Shown here: positions 1 to 8,562 of the stretch, in pieces
Position numbering within the stretch: position 1 is the first letter of the stretch
How the letters are laid out: every line of letters begins with the position of its first letter
Source of the DNA: a virus
Strand: one strand, 5' to 3'
Length of the DNA stretch: 64,000 bases
Virus record (IMG/VR): IMGVR_UViG_3300028706_000553
Notes under the pieces: generated by a model
The model's database searches: none
What the model saw: only the letters and a program-made list of their open reading frames with translations
What the model was told of the DNA's origin: nothing
Position numbers and translations under genes: made by a program

Positions 1-1
1 G

Positions 2-796
2 ATGCAACTGCCGAGGATGGGCTTCGAGATGACTTCCATGTCATACAGTCCCGAGAGAATGTTGCATCCCCTTAACCAACAAAAATCAATGTGGAAGGGT
101 CAAATTGGAGTAGTTAAAAGTCCAGTACCATATGATTACGCTTTCACATTGTCAGTGTTTGTAAAAAATGCGGATGACGGAACACAAATAATTGAACAGA
201 TAGTACCGTTTTTTCAACCCGATTTTACAGTAACTATAAATGCACTTCCAACAATGGGAATCAAGTTAGATGTTCCTATTATTTTAAATGGTGTTAATAT
301 TGAAGATTCATATGAAGGTGATTATCAAACACGAAGAGCAATAGTTTGGACATTAGATTTTACAGTTAAGGGTTTTCTTTATCCGAATATTAAAGGTAAA
401 GGATTTGGTGACGGTAGTGATGATCAGGCAACAGCATTAATACGCACATCAATTATCAATTTTCATATAATGCCGTATAGAGATCCAGGCTCGGTAGACG
501 CCGAAAGAATTTTATTAGAATCAGATACAGGGTTTGGAAAAGGTAGGGATGAAATATTAAATGAAGATGATTCCAAAATGTTATTAGAAACAACTAGAAC
601 AGATATTAATGCAACATTAGTAAAATCAAGATTTACATCTAAAGTACCTATAGATGTACCAGCTGGCGATGATTATTATGAACCAACAGAAACAAGAGAT
701 TTCTTTGCAGAAGGTCTTGAATGGGATCCAGCTACAGGTACTGATACAATGGGTGGTACATTAGATATAAACGCATTCGGTAATTCAAACAAATGA
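2..796 (+). CDS. gp15: tail sheath stabilizer/terminator gp15 (5' truncated by window edge)
   Basis: LPRMGFEM, PVPY..F.L, QIIEQIVPFFQPDF and RRAIVWTLDFTVKG motifs typical of T4 gp15; lies upstream of gp16. Confidence 0.9.
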   Translation: MQLPRMGFEMTSMSYSPERMLHPLNQQKSMWKGQIGVVKSPVPYDYAFTLSVFVKNADDGTQIIEQIVPFFQPDFTVTINALPTMGIKLDVPIILNGVNIEDSYEGDYQTRRAIVWTLDFTVKGFLYPNIKGKGFGDGSDDQATALIRTSIINFHIMPYRDPGSVDAERILLESDTGFGKGRDEILNEDDSKMLLETTRTDINATLVKSRFTSKVPIDVPAGDDYYEPTETRDFFAEGLEWDPATGTDTMGGTLDINAFGNSNK

Positions 797-1248
797 TTAA
801 AGATAAAATGGAAACTATTGAAAATATTGATAAGCAGGTTGACCCTAAAACGGTTGATACAAAATTAGATGAGGTATTTGAGATTACACCAACATCTAAA
901 AATGAACCTGTTGTATATAAAAAACCAGAAGTGAATGATGATGGAATGGATACTGATTTTCAGTATGCACGAGAAAATATATATAATGTGATAGAGAGAG
1001 GGTCTGACGCCATGGAGGGCTTACTTGAAGTAGCTAGGGAAACAGAACACCCGAGAGCATACGAAGTAGTAGGTCAGTTAGTTGATAAGTTAACAAATGC
1101 AAATAAAGAGTTAATGGGATTACATAAAACAAAAAAAAGCATGTCAGATGAAGTCGTAAGGTCACCTCAAAATGTTACTAACGCACTATTTGTAGGGAGT
1201 ACAGCTGATCTTCAGAAGATGCTGAAACAGAAATCTAAGGAGGCGTAA
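793..1248 (+). CDS. gp16: terminase small subunit
   Basis: DFQYARENIY, HPRAYEV and NALFVGSTADLQK motifs of marine T4-like gp16. Confidence 0.9.
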   Translation: MIKDKMETIENIDKQVDPKTVDTKLDEVFEITPTSKNEPVVYKKPEVNDDGMDTDFQYARENIYNVIERGSDAMEGLLEVARETEHPRAYEVVGQLVDKLTNANKELMGLHKTKKSMSDEVVRSPQNVTNALFVGSTADLQKMLKQKSKEA

Positions 1249-1250
1249 GC

Positions 1251-1601
1251 GTGGAATCGCTATTCAGTGCGGTAAATATAACAATGTTTGGGATTATATT
1301 ATTTTCCTCATTGTTCATATTTCTATTCAACTACAGACACGATAATAAAGACAAGTATCAGGGCAAGTATTCTCTAATTGTATTTGATCTTTTCATTAAC
1401 ATGGGTATGTCAATTACTGGTTATATTTTAGTATGGCTAGTATTTGAAAACGTTCCACAATTAGCTCCATTTAACACTTATAGATTTCCAGTAGGATATA
1501 TGTTTGGTTTGACTTCTAATATAAGCATTCCAATTGTTTTGAAGTGGTTTACATCACAAATCACTAAAAAGTTAAATGAAGCAGTGAAGAAAGGAGTATA
1601 A
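1251..1601 (+). CDS. hypothetical membrane protein (about 3 TM helices)
   Basis: three hydrophobic stretches; stop overlaps the next start. Confidence 0.6.
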   Translation: MESLFSAVNITMFGIILFSSLFIFLFNYRHDNKDKYQGKYSLIVFDLFINMGMSITGYILVWLVFENVPQLAPFNTYRFPVGYMFGLTSNISIPIVLKWFTSQITKKLNEAVKKGV

Positions 1602-2059
1602 TGGCGGTAAAACCTAAACAAACTACTGCTCCTGAAGAAGTTGCGGACGAACATGTCGAGGTAATGGAATTAGAACCAGTAAAAGCCATTGAAATAGAAA
1701 CTAAAAATCTAGTAGCATCAAGTAGAATATTCATATACACTATAATAGGATTACTGGCATATTTAATTTTCTTAGTAATACCAGATATTTCCGAGAAGGT
1801 TACATGGGTGGAAAAGGATCTTAATTCTGTATTAGTACAATCAGAAAGATTCAAAAAATCCACCAGAGTATTTGCAAGAGATAATCAATGTGCATCTTGT
1901 CACTTAGAGCCTGATTATCTTCTTCATAATCTCTTAACGAAGTATCCTAGTTTTTCAGATATTAAATCATTTATGTCTGTAGGACATCAACGATATTATA
2001 CAATGACTCAACCTATATCAGATGCTGAACTCTTAGCAATTTATAGGACTTTACAATGA
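1601..2059 (+). CDS. membrane-anchored single-heme c-type cytochrome
   Basis: TM helix IFIYTIIGLLAYLIFLVIP, then CASCH (CxxCH), then C-terminal M...ISDAELLAIY resembling the class I cytochrome c Met ligand and terminal helix. Confidence 0.7.
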   Translation: MAVKPKQTTAPEEVADEHVEVMELEPVKAIEIETKNLVASSRIFIYTIIGLLAYLIFLVIPDISEKVTWVEKDLNSVLVQSERFKKSTRVFARDNQCASCHLEPDYLLHNLLTKYPSFSDIKSFMSVGHQRYYTMTQPISDAELLAIYRTLQ

Positions 2060-3177
2060 TCATGGTTGGCAAACTTCTTGCATTTTTAATATTTTTAGTT
2101 ATATCAGCATATCCCGGTAAAGCCAAAGATTCTCCTCATGATCGTACTGGCGCAGTAGTTAGCAAAATAAAACAAATAGAATACATTCCAACATATGGAT
2201 CAACGTTTAAAAGAGTAAAAGAACGTGGTCATATAATATGTGGTGCCAAAGATTCTATGCCAGGTTTTGGAGAAGAGCTTTGGGATGCAGAAACAGGCGT
2301 ATTAAAATTTCAGGGCTTTGATATAGATATTTGTAGGGCAATTGCTACTGCAGTATTCGGAGATAAGGAAAAGGTTGAATATGAAATAATAGATGGTAAA
2401 ACAAGATTTAGTTATTTAATAGATGGAACGGTTGATGTGGTATCGGCTACTGTTACATACACATATACTAGAAATGTTCTTAAAAAATTAGAGTTCATGC
2501 CCACTACATATTATGATGGACAAGGATTTATTGTTCGAAAGACTCTTGGTGTATCATCTGCAAAGCAAATGGATGGTGCAAGAATATGTTATAGTTCAAC
2601 CGGAACTGCCGCAAAAAATACTAAGGATTTTTTTACAAAACATTTTCTTAATTATGTTCCAGTTGTGGTGCCAGTTGGAGAAAAATCTAAAGATTATTAC
2701 TTAGATCGTAAATGTGATATGTATGGCACAGATCGCTCCGGTTTAGCATCTAATAGAATTGGTTTTAAAAATCCGGAACAACATGTGATCCTTCCAGAAA
2801 TTATTTCAAAAGAACCTCTTGGTCCAGTAGTAAAATATGGAGATCAACAATGGTCTGATATTGTAAGGTGGACAATATATGTTCTGTTCATTGCAGAAGA
2901 AATGGGATTAAATTCAAATAATATATCTAAATTTAAAAATAATATAGATCCAAGTATACAACGATTTATGGGCGAATTAAATGGTAATGATCATCCTCAT
3001 CTAGGGGCTAAATTAGGATTAGATGCTACATGGGCATATGAAGTTATTAAACAAGTTGGAAATTATAAAGAAATATATGAAAGAAATCTTGGTGAAAATA
3101 CACCTCTAGCTCTTAAACGTGGGCTAAATAAATTGTACACTGAAGGTGGTTTATTATATGCACCTCCATTAAAATAG
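2056..3177 (+). CDS. aapJ: general L-amino acid ABC transporter periplasmic binding protein (AapJ/BztA-like)
   Basis: signal peptide; GFDIDICRAIATAVFGD, YYDGQGFIVRK, ILPEIISKEPLGPVV, GNYKEIYERNLG, GGLLYAPP. Confidence 0.88.
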   Translation: MIMVGKLLAFLIFLVISAYPGKAKDSPHDRTGAVVSKIKQIEYIPTYGSTFKRVKERGHIICGAKDSMPGFGEELWDAETGVLKFQGFDIDICRAIATAVFGDKEKVEYEIIDGKTRFSYLIDGTVDVVSATVTYTYTRNVLKKLEFMPTTYYDGQGFIVRKTLGVSSAKQMDGARICYSSTGTAAKNTKDFFTKHFLNYVPVVVPVGEKSKDYYLDRKCDMYGTDRSGLASNRIGFKNPEQHVILPEIISKEPLGPVVKYGDQQWSDIVRWTIYVLFIAEEMGLNSNNISKFKNNIDPSIQRFMGELNGNDHPHLGAKLGLDATWAYEVIKQVGNYKEIYERNLGENTPLALKRGLNKLYTEGGLLYAPPLK

Positions 3178-3184
3178 GGAAAAA

Positions 3185-3502
3185 ATGCCAGATGAATTAG
3201 TCGATAAAATGTCAAATGAAATAGCCGCAGCAGAAGATAACTTACGAATATGGACAGAAAAATATGAAATGGAAGTTAGGCGTGAAGCAGTGACTGCACA
3301 AGCGGATGCAAAGATGGCACTTGACGCGGCAAAAATAAGATTAGAGAAGTTGACAGCACAATATAAACCAGAATATTTAACTAGGTTTGAAGCACTTCCA
3401 GTTCCACCAAAGTTTAAGCCACCATTGCCTGTAATACCAGAAGAAATTAAAAAAGAAATTCTACCAAAGGTAACCAGAAGTAAGAAGAAAAAGAAAAAGT
3501 GA
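3185..3502 (+). CDS. hypothetical coiled-coil protein with basic tail
   Basis: ORF with RBS-like upstream sequence; helical N-half and Pro/Lys-rich C-terminus. Confidence 0.55.
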   Translation: MPDELVDKMSNEIAAAEDNLRIWTEKYEMEVRREAVTAQADAKMALDAAKIRLEKLTAQYKPEYLTRFEALPVPPKFKPPLPVIPEEIKKEILPKVTRSKKKKKK

Positions 3503-3541
3503 GTTAATAAAATATAAACATTATAATTAAAAAAGGATGAT

Positions 3542-3766
3542 ATGTCTTGGATTGGGAATATAATTAAAAAAGTTTTTAAAAATGAAGGTTTAAAACAACC
3601 AGAACCTGAACCTAAAAAAGCTGAGAAAAAAGTAAAAAAGAAAAATTTGAAAAGTATGACAAAAAAACAATTAGAGTCATACGGTAGAGAATTAGGTGTC
3701 GAATTGGATAGACGACATAATAAAGCTAAATTAATTGCACGACTGGAAGAGGCGGTTGCAAATTAA
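3542..3766 (+). CDS. small basic protein with Rho-N/LEM-like C-terminal domain
   Basis: MTKKQLESYGRELGVELDRRHNKAKLIARL resembles the Rho-N/HeH two-helix motif; AAGGA RBS. Confidence 0.55.
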   Translation: MSWIGNIIKKVFKNEGLKQPEPEPKKAEKKVKKKNLKSMTKKQLESYGRELGVELDRRHNKAKLIARLEEAVAN

Positions 3767-4040
3767 TAATACAATAAAAGAGTATTGGCGCGATTGGGCT
3801 GCACTCGTTTATTTGTTTATCTGCTTAGTAGATTTTTTTGTAGCGCCTTTGATATGGAACTTAATGATGGCGGAATATTGTGACACACATGATTGTATAA
3901 AAGAAGGTGTAACACGATGGATTCCTTTGACACTTGAAAGTGGCGCCATGTTTCATCTTTCATTCGGAGCAATCCTTGGTGCAACGTCATTTAATAAACA
4001 TAAAGAGATTCACGCTAGCACTAAGTCTACTGATACTTAG
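3756..4040 (+). CDS. small membrane protein (holin-like)
   Basis: WRDWAALVYLFICLVDFFVAPLIW TM plus a second hydrophobic segment; likely start TTG 3756 after GAGG (track start 3735). Confidence 0.5.
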   Translation: MQINNTIKEYWRDWAALVYLFICLVDFFVAPLIWNLMMAEYCDTHDCIKEGVTRWIPLTLESGAMFHLSFGAILGATSFNKHKEIHASTKSTDT

Positions 4041-4722
4041 TGGATGTGCTGAAAATAAAACTGATTCAAATAATGATCTTGATAGTGGAGATAAATCAAA
4101 TCTACCAGTCACAATATCATCTCTGATTGAACACGCAGAGTATTGTAAAGTAATTTACGATAGTGGTGGTAATCAAAAAGATGAAGTTGCATTTGATGTA
4201 AAACAAGATAGTGGAATAACAATAATTATTATTAGGGGCACTGCCAATGCAGAAAATGTCCAATCTGATATTGATGTAAGATTAGTAGATGATGCAGTCA
4301 CAGGAATCAAACTTCATAAAGGATTCAGAGATGCGTCTTTAGGTGTTATGGAGATTATTGATAGAGATCATACAGTTGAACATACTGTACATATTACAGG
4401 TCACAGTTTAGGTGGAGCTATTTCACAAATAATAGGAATGTGGCTTCATAAAAGAGGTCACAATGTTCAAATCTATTCTTACGGATCACCAAAAGTTACT
4501 TATCAAATTATGTCTGGAGGACAGCCCACTCATTGGCGTGTGGTTCGTCTTAGCGATCCTATCCCTTTTACTCCTCCCTGGCCTTATGCTCATACCGGTC
4601 TTTTTATAGATAGTCAGACTTTAGATTGGGGTCCAGATAATGATAATGGATTAATTTCTCAAACAGATGGCTTGACTCACGCCATAGCAAAATATGTGGA
4701 AACATTGAAAGCCGCTCAATGA
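3979..4722 (+). CDS. class 3 lipase-family lipoprotein
   Basis: lipobox LILSG-C, IIIRGT, GFRD, GHSLGG nucleophile elbow, YSYGSPKV, DPIP, C-terminal H; GTG start at 3979 after GGAG (track start 3934). Confidence 0.85.
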   Translation: MQRHLINIKRFTLALSLLILSGCAENKTDSNNDLDSGDKSNLPVTISSLIEHAEYCKVIYDSGGNQKDEVAFDVKQDSGITIIIIRGTANAENVQSDIDVRLVDDAVTGIKLHKGFRDASLGVMEIIDRDHTVEHTVHITGHSLGGAISQIIGMWLHKRGHNVQIYSYGSPKVTYQIMSGGQPTHWRVVRLSDPIPFTPPWPYAHTGLFIDSQTLDWGPDNDNGLISQTDGLTHAIAKYVETLKAAQ

Positions 4723-5441
4723 AGGGTGAAGAAAGACCTTACTTAAAAAAATATGGAATAGAAGAAAAGGTTAACCCATTTGAAAACATTCCAGAAGATA
4801 GAACAGCCGTAGATAACATTTTAAGAGTGAATCACGGTAATCAAATGAGATTAAACTTGATGGCTGATGCTAAAGCTAATATTATGATTACTGTTTCTTC
4901 TATTGTTTTTTCAGTCACTATAGCTAATTTAGATAATGAAATAATGAAATGGCCTTTAATAACATTTGCAGTTGGAAACTTTTTTACATTATTATTTGCC
5001 ATATTTGCAATTATTCCAAAAACAGCTTATCCTAAGCTACCACATTCCAATGAAATTGATAGAAAATCGCCTTGGTTTAATCCTTTATTTTTCGGACATT
5101 TTGCACATATTGATATTGATGAATATAAAAAAGATTACGCAGAAAAATTGTTGACTGATGATAAAATATATGATACTATGGTAGGAGATATATATGGCCA
5201 AGGAAAAGTACTTGCACTTAGTAAATATAAGTATCTCAAATGGTCATATAATTGTTTTCTTGGAGGGATGGCATCAGCAATGGCAGTTTTTGCATTACAA
5301 GGGGCTGCAGCAGATTTTATATTAGAGTATGGATTATGGTTAAAAGATATTATATTTGAGGAAATATCATTTACTTTTGATGGACTGAGAGAAGTAGCCT
5401 GTCAAATAAGTACTCCATGTCGACAGAAATATAACTTATAA
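4719..5441 (+). CDS. Pycsar effector-like membrane protein (DUF5706/PycTM family)
   Basis: MADAKANIMITVSSIVF followed by TM-TM, PLFFGHFA, then LALSKYKYLKWSY plus TM; pattern recalled for DUF5706. Confidence 0.7.
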   Translation: MKGEERPYLKKYGIEEKVNPFENIPEDRTAVDNILRVNHGNQMRLNLMADAKANIMITVSSIVFSVTIANLDNEIMKWPLITFAVGNFFTLLFAIFAIIPKTAYPKLPHSNEIDRKSPWFNPLFFGHFAHIDIDEYKKDYAEKLLTDDKIYDTMVGDIYGQGKVLALSKYKYLKWSYNCFLGGMASAMAVFALQGAAADFILEYGLWLKDIIFEEISFTFDGLREVACQISTPCRQKYNL

Positions 5442-5444
5442 ATA
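5437..5444 (+). promoter_or_regulatory. T4-type late promoter TATAAATA
   Basis: exact gp55 consensus upstream of ORF 5476. Confidence 0.7.
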
Positions 5445-5475
5445 TGATATACAGATAACTTTATGGAACGTATAA

Positions 5476-5856
5476 ATGAGTATATTGAATAGAAGTAAAC
5501 GTCAAGGTGACGATAAAATAAATACTGTTAAGGAATTGATTATTACATCAGAAGATAAATTATGGGAAAGTGATCCAATGAAAGCATTGACATTTGAAGG
5601 TACGGAACGTCGCAAAAAATTGAACTGGTGGACAAGAACATTTTTATCCATTGTTATAGTTCTTACTTTTTTATTCTTAGTGTGGTTACTCTTTATGGAG
5701 GACCTGCCTGATGCATCTCGCGATTTAATAAATATAATGACCGGGGCGTATGTGGCGGTACTCGCCAAAGCAACGGACTACTGGTTCAAAGATAAAGATG
5801 ATCCAGAACACAAAGAAACAGAACGAGAATTAGCAAAAGATGCTAGCGTAAGCTAA
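5476..5856 (+). CDS. two-TM membrane protein (holin-like)
   Basis: two hydrophobic helices ending in DYWF, then charged tail. Confidence 0.55.
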   Translation: MSILNRSKRQGDDKINTVKELIITSEDKLWESDPMKALTFEGTERRKKLNWWTRTFLSIVIVLTFLFLVWLLFMEDLPDASRDLINIMTGAYVAVLAKATDYWFKDKDDPEHKETERELAKDASVS

Positions 5857-5884
5857 TAAATTAAAATCTAAAAAAAGTAAAGCT

Positions 5885-6160
5885 ATGTCTTTAGAAAAAG
5901 AAAATTTAGAGGCCCATGTTGACTTATGTGCGGAGAGGTACCAGCGCTTGGAAGAAAAGTATCAACTGCTGAAAGATACTATTGATAAAAGTAATACGGT
6001 TATTCACGAAAGAATTTCCAAAATGAAAGATAGTATGGACGAAATGAAAGCATTATCAATAGAACAACATTTTAAACTAAATAGAATAATAATAACTACT
6101 GCTGTTGCTGTTATAGGTACTATTGTTGCCGCAGTTATTCAACAGTTGATCCATAATTAG
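5885..6160 (+). CDS. coiled-coil protein with C-terminal membrane anchor
   Basis: LEAHVDLCAERY start, coiled coil, C-terminal TM IIITTAVAVIGTIVAAVI. Confidence 0.6.
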   Translation: MSLEKENLEAHVDLCAERYQRLEEKYQLLKDTIDKSNTVIHERISKMKDSMDEMKALSIEQHFKLNRIIITTAVAVIGTIVAAVIQQLIHN

Positions 6161-6166
6161 GTTAAT

Positions 6167-6634
6167 ATGTTAACATTGATTGATATAATAGAAGAAGAAC
6201 TAGATGAATTATTAGAGCTTGAAGAAGATCTTGCTGAAGATGGTTTAACTTTAGAAGATTTCTATGAGTGGACTGATCAATTAGATGAAAAAGAATCCCA
6301 AGCAAATTATATTAATAGAATGAAAAAATTGGGTAGAAAAGCCAGACGTATAAACAAGTTATCTTCAACGAAAAGAAAAAAGAAAAGATCTCAATTAAGA
6401 CGAAAGACTGCTGCTAAGATTCAAAAATCAGCCCTACGTAAGGCCCAAGGTGATGTAATACCAAAAGCAGTAATGAAGGCTACAGGTACTGGTGGAATGA
6501 TTAAAAGAAAAAGATGGAAAGAAATGAAAAAGAAAATGGTTGATAGAAAGAAAGTAGTAAAAGCCCGTGAAGTTAAAAGAGGCGAACCCGCAAGGATGAA
6601 AGCAGCCCGTAGATCAATGGCCAAACGAGGATAA
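6167..6634 (+). CDS. gp68-like prohead core / internal protein (acidic N-terminus, very basic C-terminus)
   Basis: acidic leader ending at LDE, then K/R-rich body; same charge architecture as T4 gp68. Confidence 0.4.
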   Translation: MLTLIDIIEEELDELLELEEDLAEDGLTLEDFYEWTDQLDEKESQANYINRMKKLGRKARRINKLSSTKRKKKRSQLRRKTAAKIQKSALRKAQGDVIPKAVMKATGTGGMIKRKRWKEMKKKMVDRKKVVKAREVKRGEPARMKAARRSMAKRG

Positions 6635-6636
6635 AT

Positions 6637-6840
6637 ATGCATCATATTTCAGTAAAAGAAAAAATTGAACATACAAAGTCATACAGTTCTGATGGTGGAA
6701 GAAATGTTCGTAAAGTTATAAAAAAAAGAATTGTTTCCCGAAGAAGGACCGCAGTCACAGAATCAGGTGCTGAATTATTGAAAACCGCTCCAAAAGATGA
6801 AAACGGTCAAACCAATTGGAAAAAAATAATGAATAGCTAA
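6637..6840 (+). CDS. hypothetical basic protein
   Basis: ORF abutting the terminase start. Confidence 0.5.
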   Translation: MHHISVKEKIEHTKSYSSDGGRNVRKVIKKRIVSRRRTAVTESGAELLKTAPKDENGQTNWKKIMNS

Positions 6841-8493
6841 ATGCCAAGTACACATTATCTCGGAAATCCAAAATTAAAATCTGCTAATGTTCCAGTAGAA
6901 TTTGCTGAAGAAGAATTAGCTGAGTATATAAAATGTCAAAGTGATCCTGTATATTTTATTAAAAAATATGTAAAGATTATTCATGTTGATAAAGGCTTAG
7001 TGCCTTTTGATCTATATTCTTTTCAAGAGAATATGGTAGAGACATTTCACGACAATAGATTCGTGATTTGTAAGATGCCACGACAGTCTGGTAAGTCAAC
7101 CACTATTATTGCATTCTTTTTACATTACATACTTTTTAATGAAAATGTACAAGTAGGTATTCTTGCTAATAAAGGTTCACTCGCTAGAGAATTATTAGAT
7201 AGATTAAAACTATCTTATGAAAATTTACCCATGTGGTTACAGCAGGGTATTTTAGCATGGAATAAAGGTAATATAGAATTAGAGAATGGTTCAAAAGTAT
7301 TAGCGGCTGCTACATCATCATCCGCGGTACGGGGATCATCATTTAATATAATCTTCCTAGACGAGTTCGCCCACGTTCCAAAAGAATTAGCAGAAGAATT
7401 TTTTACTTCAGTATATCCAACTATTTCTTCTGGGCAAACTACCAAAGTCTTTATTGTATCTACACCTTTAGGGTTAAATCAATTCTATAAGATGTGGGTT
7501 GATGCAGAAGAAAAAAGAAGTAATTATATACCTATAGATGTTCATTGGTCTGAAATTCCAGGTAGAGATTCAAAATGGAAAGAAGAGACCATTCGAAATA
7601 CCAGTGAAAGACAATTTTCACAAGAATTCGAAACTGAATTTGTTGGTAGTACACAGACACTTATAGCAGGTTCTAAATTAAGACAATTGCCGTTTAAGAC
7701 ACCAATACATTCGCAAGAAAATATTGATATATTTGAAAATCCAATAGAAAAACATTCGTATACTATATGTGTTGATACGGCAAGAGGACAGGGATTAGAT
7801 TATTCCGCACTTACAGTTATAGATTCAACTGAAGTCCCTTATAAACTTGTAGCGAAATATAGATGTGATACTATATCACCTTTACTATATCCTAACATAA
7901 TTTATAAAATAGCTAAACATTATAATGAGGCATATGTATTAGTTGAAGTAAATGATATAGGCGAACAGGTAGCAGTTACCTTACACCAAGATTTAGAATA
8001 TGAAAATATGATGATGATGACTTGGAAAGGCAGAGGCGGACAACAGCTGGGCGGTGGGTTTGGTAAAAATGCTCAGTGGGGTGTAAGAACTACTAAACAA
8101 GTTAAACGTTTAGGATGTGCTACATTAAAGAGTTTAATCGAAGAAGATAAGTTAGTTATTACAGATTATGATGTAATATATGAACTTACTTCATTTTCAG
8201 CAAGAAAAGATTCATACGAAGCTGAAGAAGGTCATCATGATGACTTAGTAATCACGTTAGTCATCTTTGCGTGGTTAACTAATCAAGAATATTATAAAGA
8301 ATTAACAGATGTAGATTTACGTGAAAAGATGTACTCAGAAAAAATGAAAGAAATTGAAGAAAGCTATTTACCGTTTGGAATTATAGATGATGGATTGGAA
8401 GAAGAAGAAATCGTCGATAATGAAGGAAATAGGTGGCAAGTTGACCGAACCAATAGAGTTTTAGAAGATACAGGTCATCATACTTTTTTCTGA
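6841..8493 (+). CDS. gp17: terminase large subunit
   Basis: YLGNPKLK, Walker A PRQSGKS, Walker B IIFLDEFA, nuclease VDTARG, HDDLV. Confidence 0.97.
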   Translation: MPSTHYLGNPKLKSANVPVEFAEEELAEYIKCQSDPVYFIKKYVKIIHVDKGLVPFDLYSFQENMVETFHDNRFVICKMPRQSGKSTTIIAFFLHYILFNENVQVGILANKGSLARELLDRLKLSYENLPMWLQQGILAWNKGNIELENGSKVLAAATSSSAVRGSSFNIIFLDEFAHVPKELAEEFFTSVYPTISSGQTTKVFIVSTPLGLNQFYKMWVDAEEKRSNYIPIDVHWSEIPGRDSKWKEETIRNTSERQFSQEFETEFVGSTQTLIAGSKLRQLPFKTPIHSQENIDIFENPIEKHSYTICVDTARGQGLDYSALTVIDSTEVPYKLVAKYRCDTISPLLYPNIIYKIAKHYNEAYVLVEVNDIGEQVAVTLHQDLEYENMMMMTWKGRGGQQLGGGFGKNAQWGVRTTKQVKRLGCATLKSLIEEDKLVITDYDVIYELTSFSARKDSYEAEEGHHDDLVITLVIFAWLTNQEYYKELTDVDLREKMYSEKMKEIEESYLPFGIIDDGLEEEEIVDNEGNRWQVDRTNRVLEDTGHHTFF

Positions 8494-8505
8494 AACCGGT
8501 TTGTT

Positions 8506-8513
8506 TATAAATA
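8506..8513 (+). promoter_or_regulatory. late promoter TATAAATA
   Basis: exact consensus upstream of gp18. Confidence 0.8.
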
Positions 8514-8562
8514 ATCTTAGTAACTAATAATACATGAACTTAATGAATCATAGGAGAAGAAG

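Noticed and set aside
4719-5441. Complete Pycsar defence system
   Set aside because: No nucleotide cyclase recognised nearby; only an effector-like gene.
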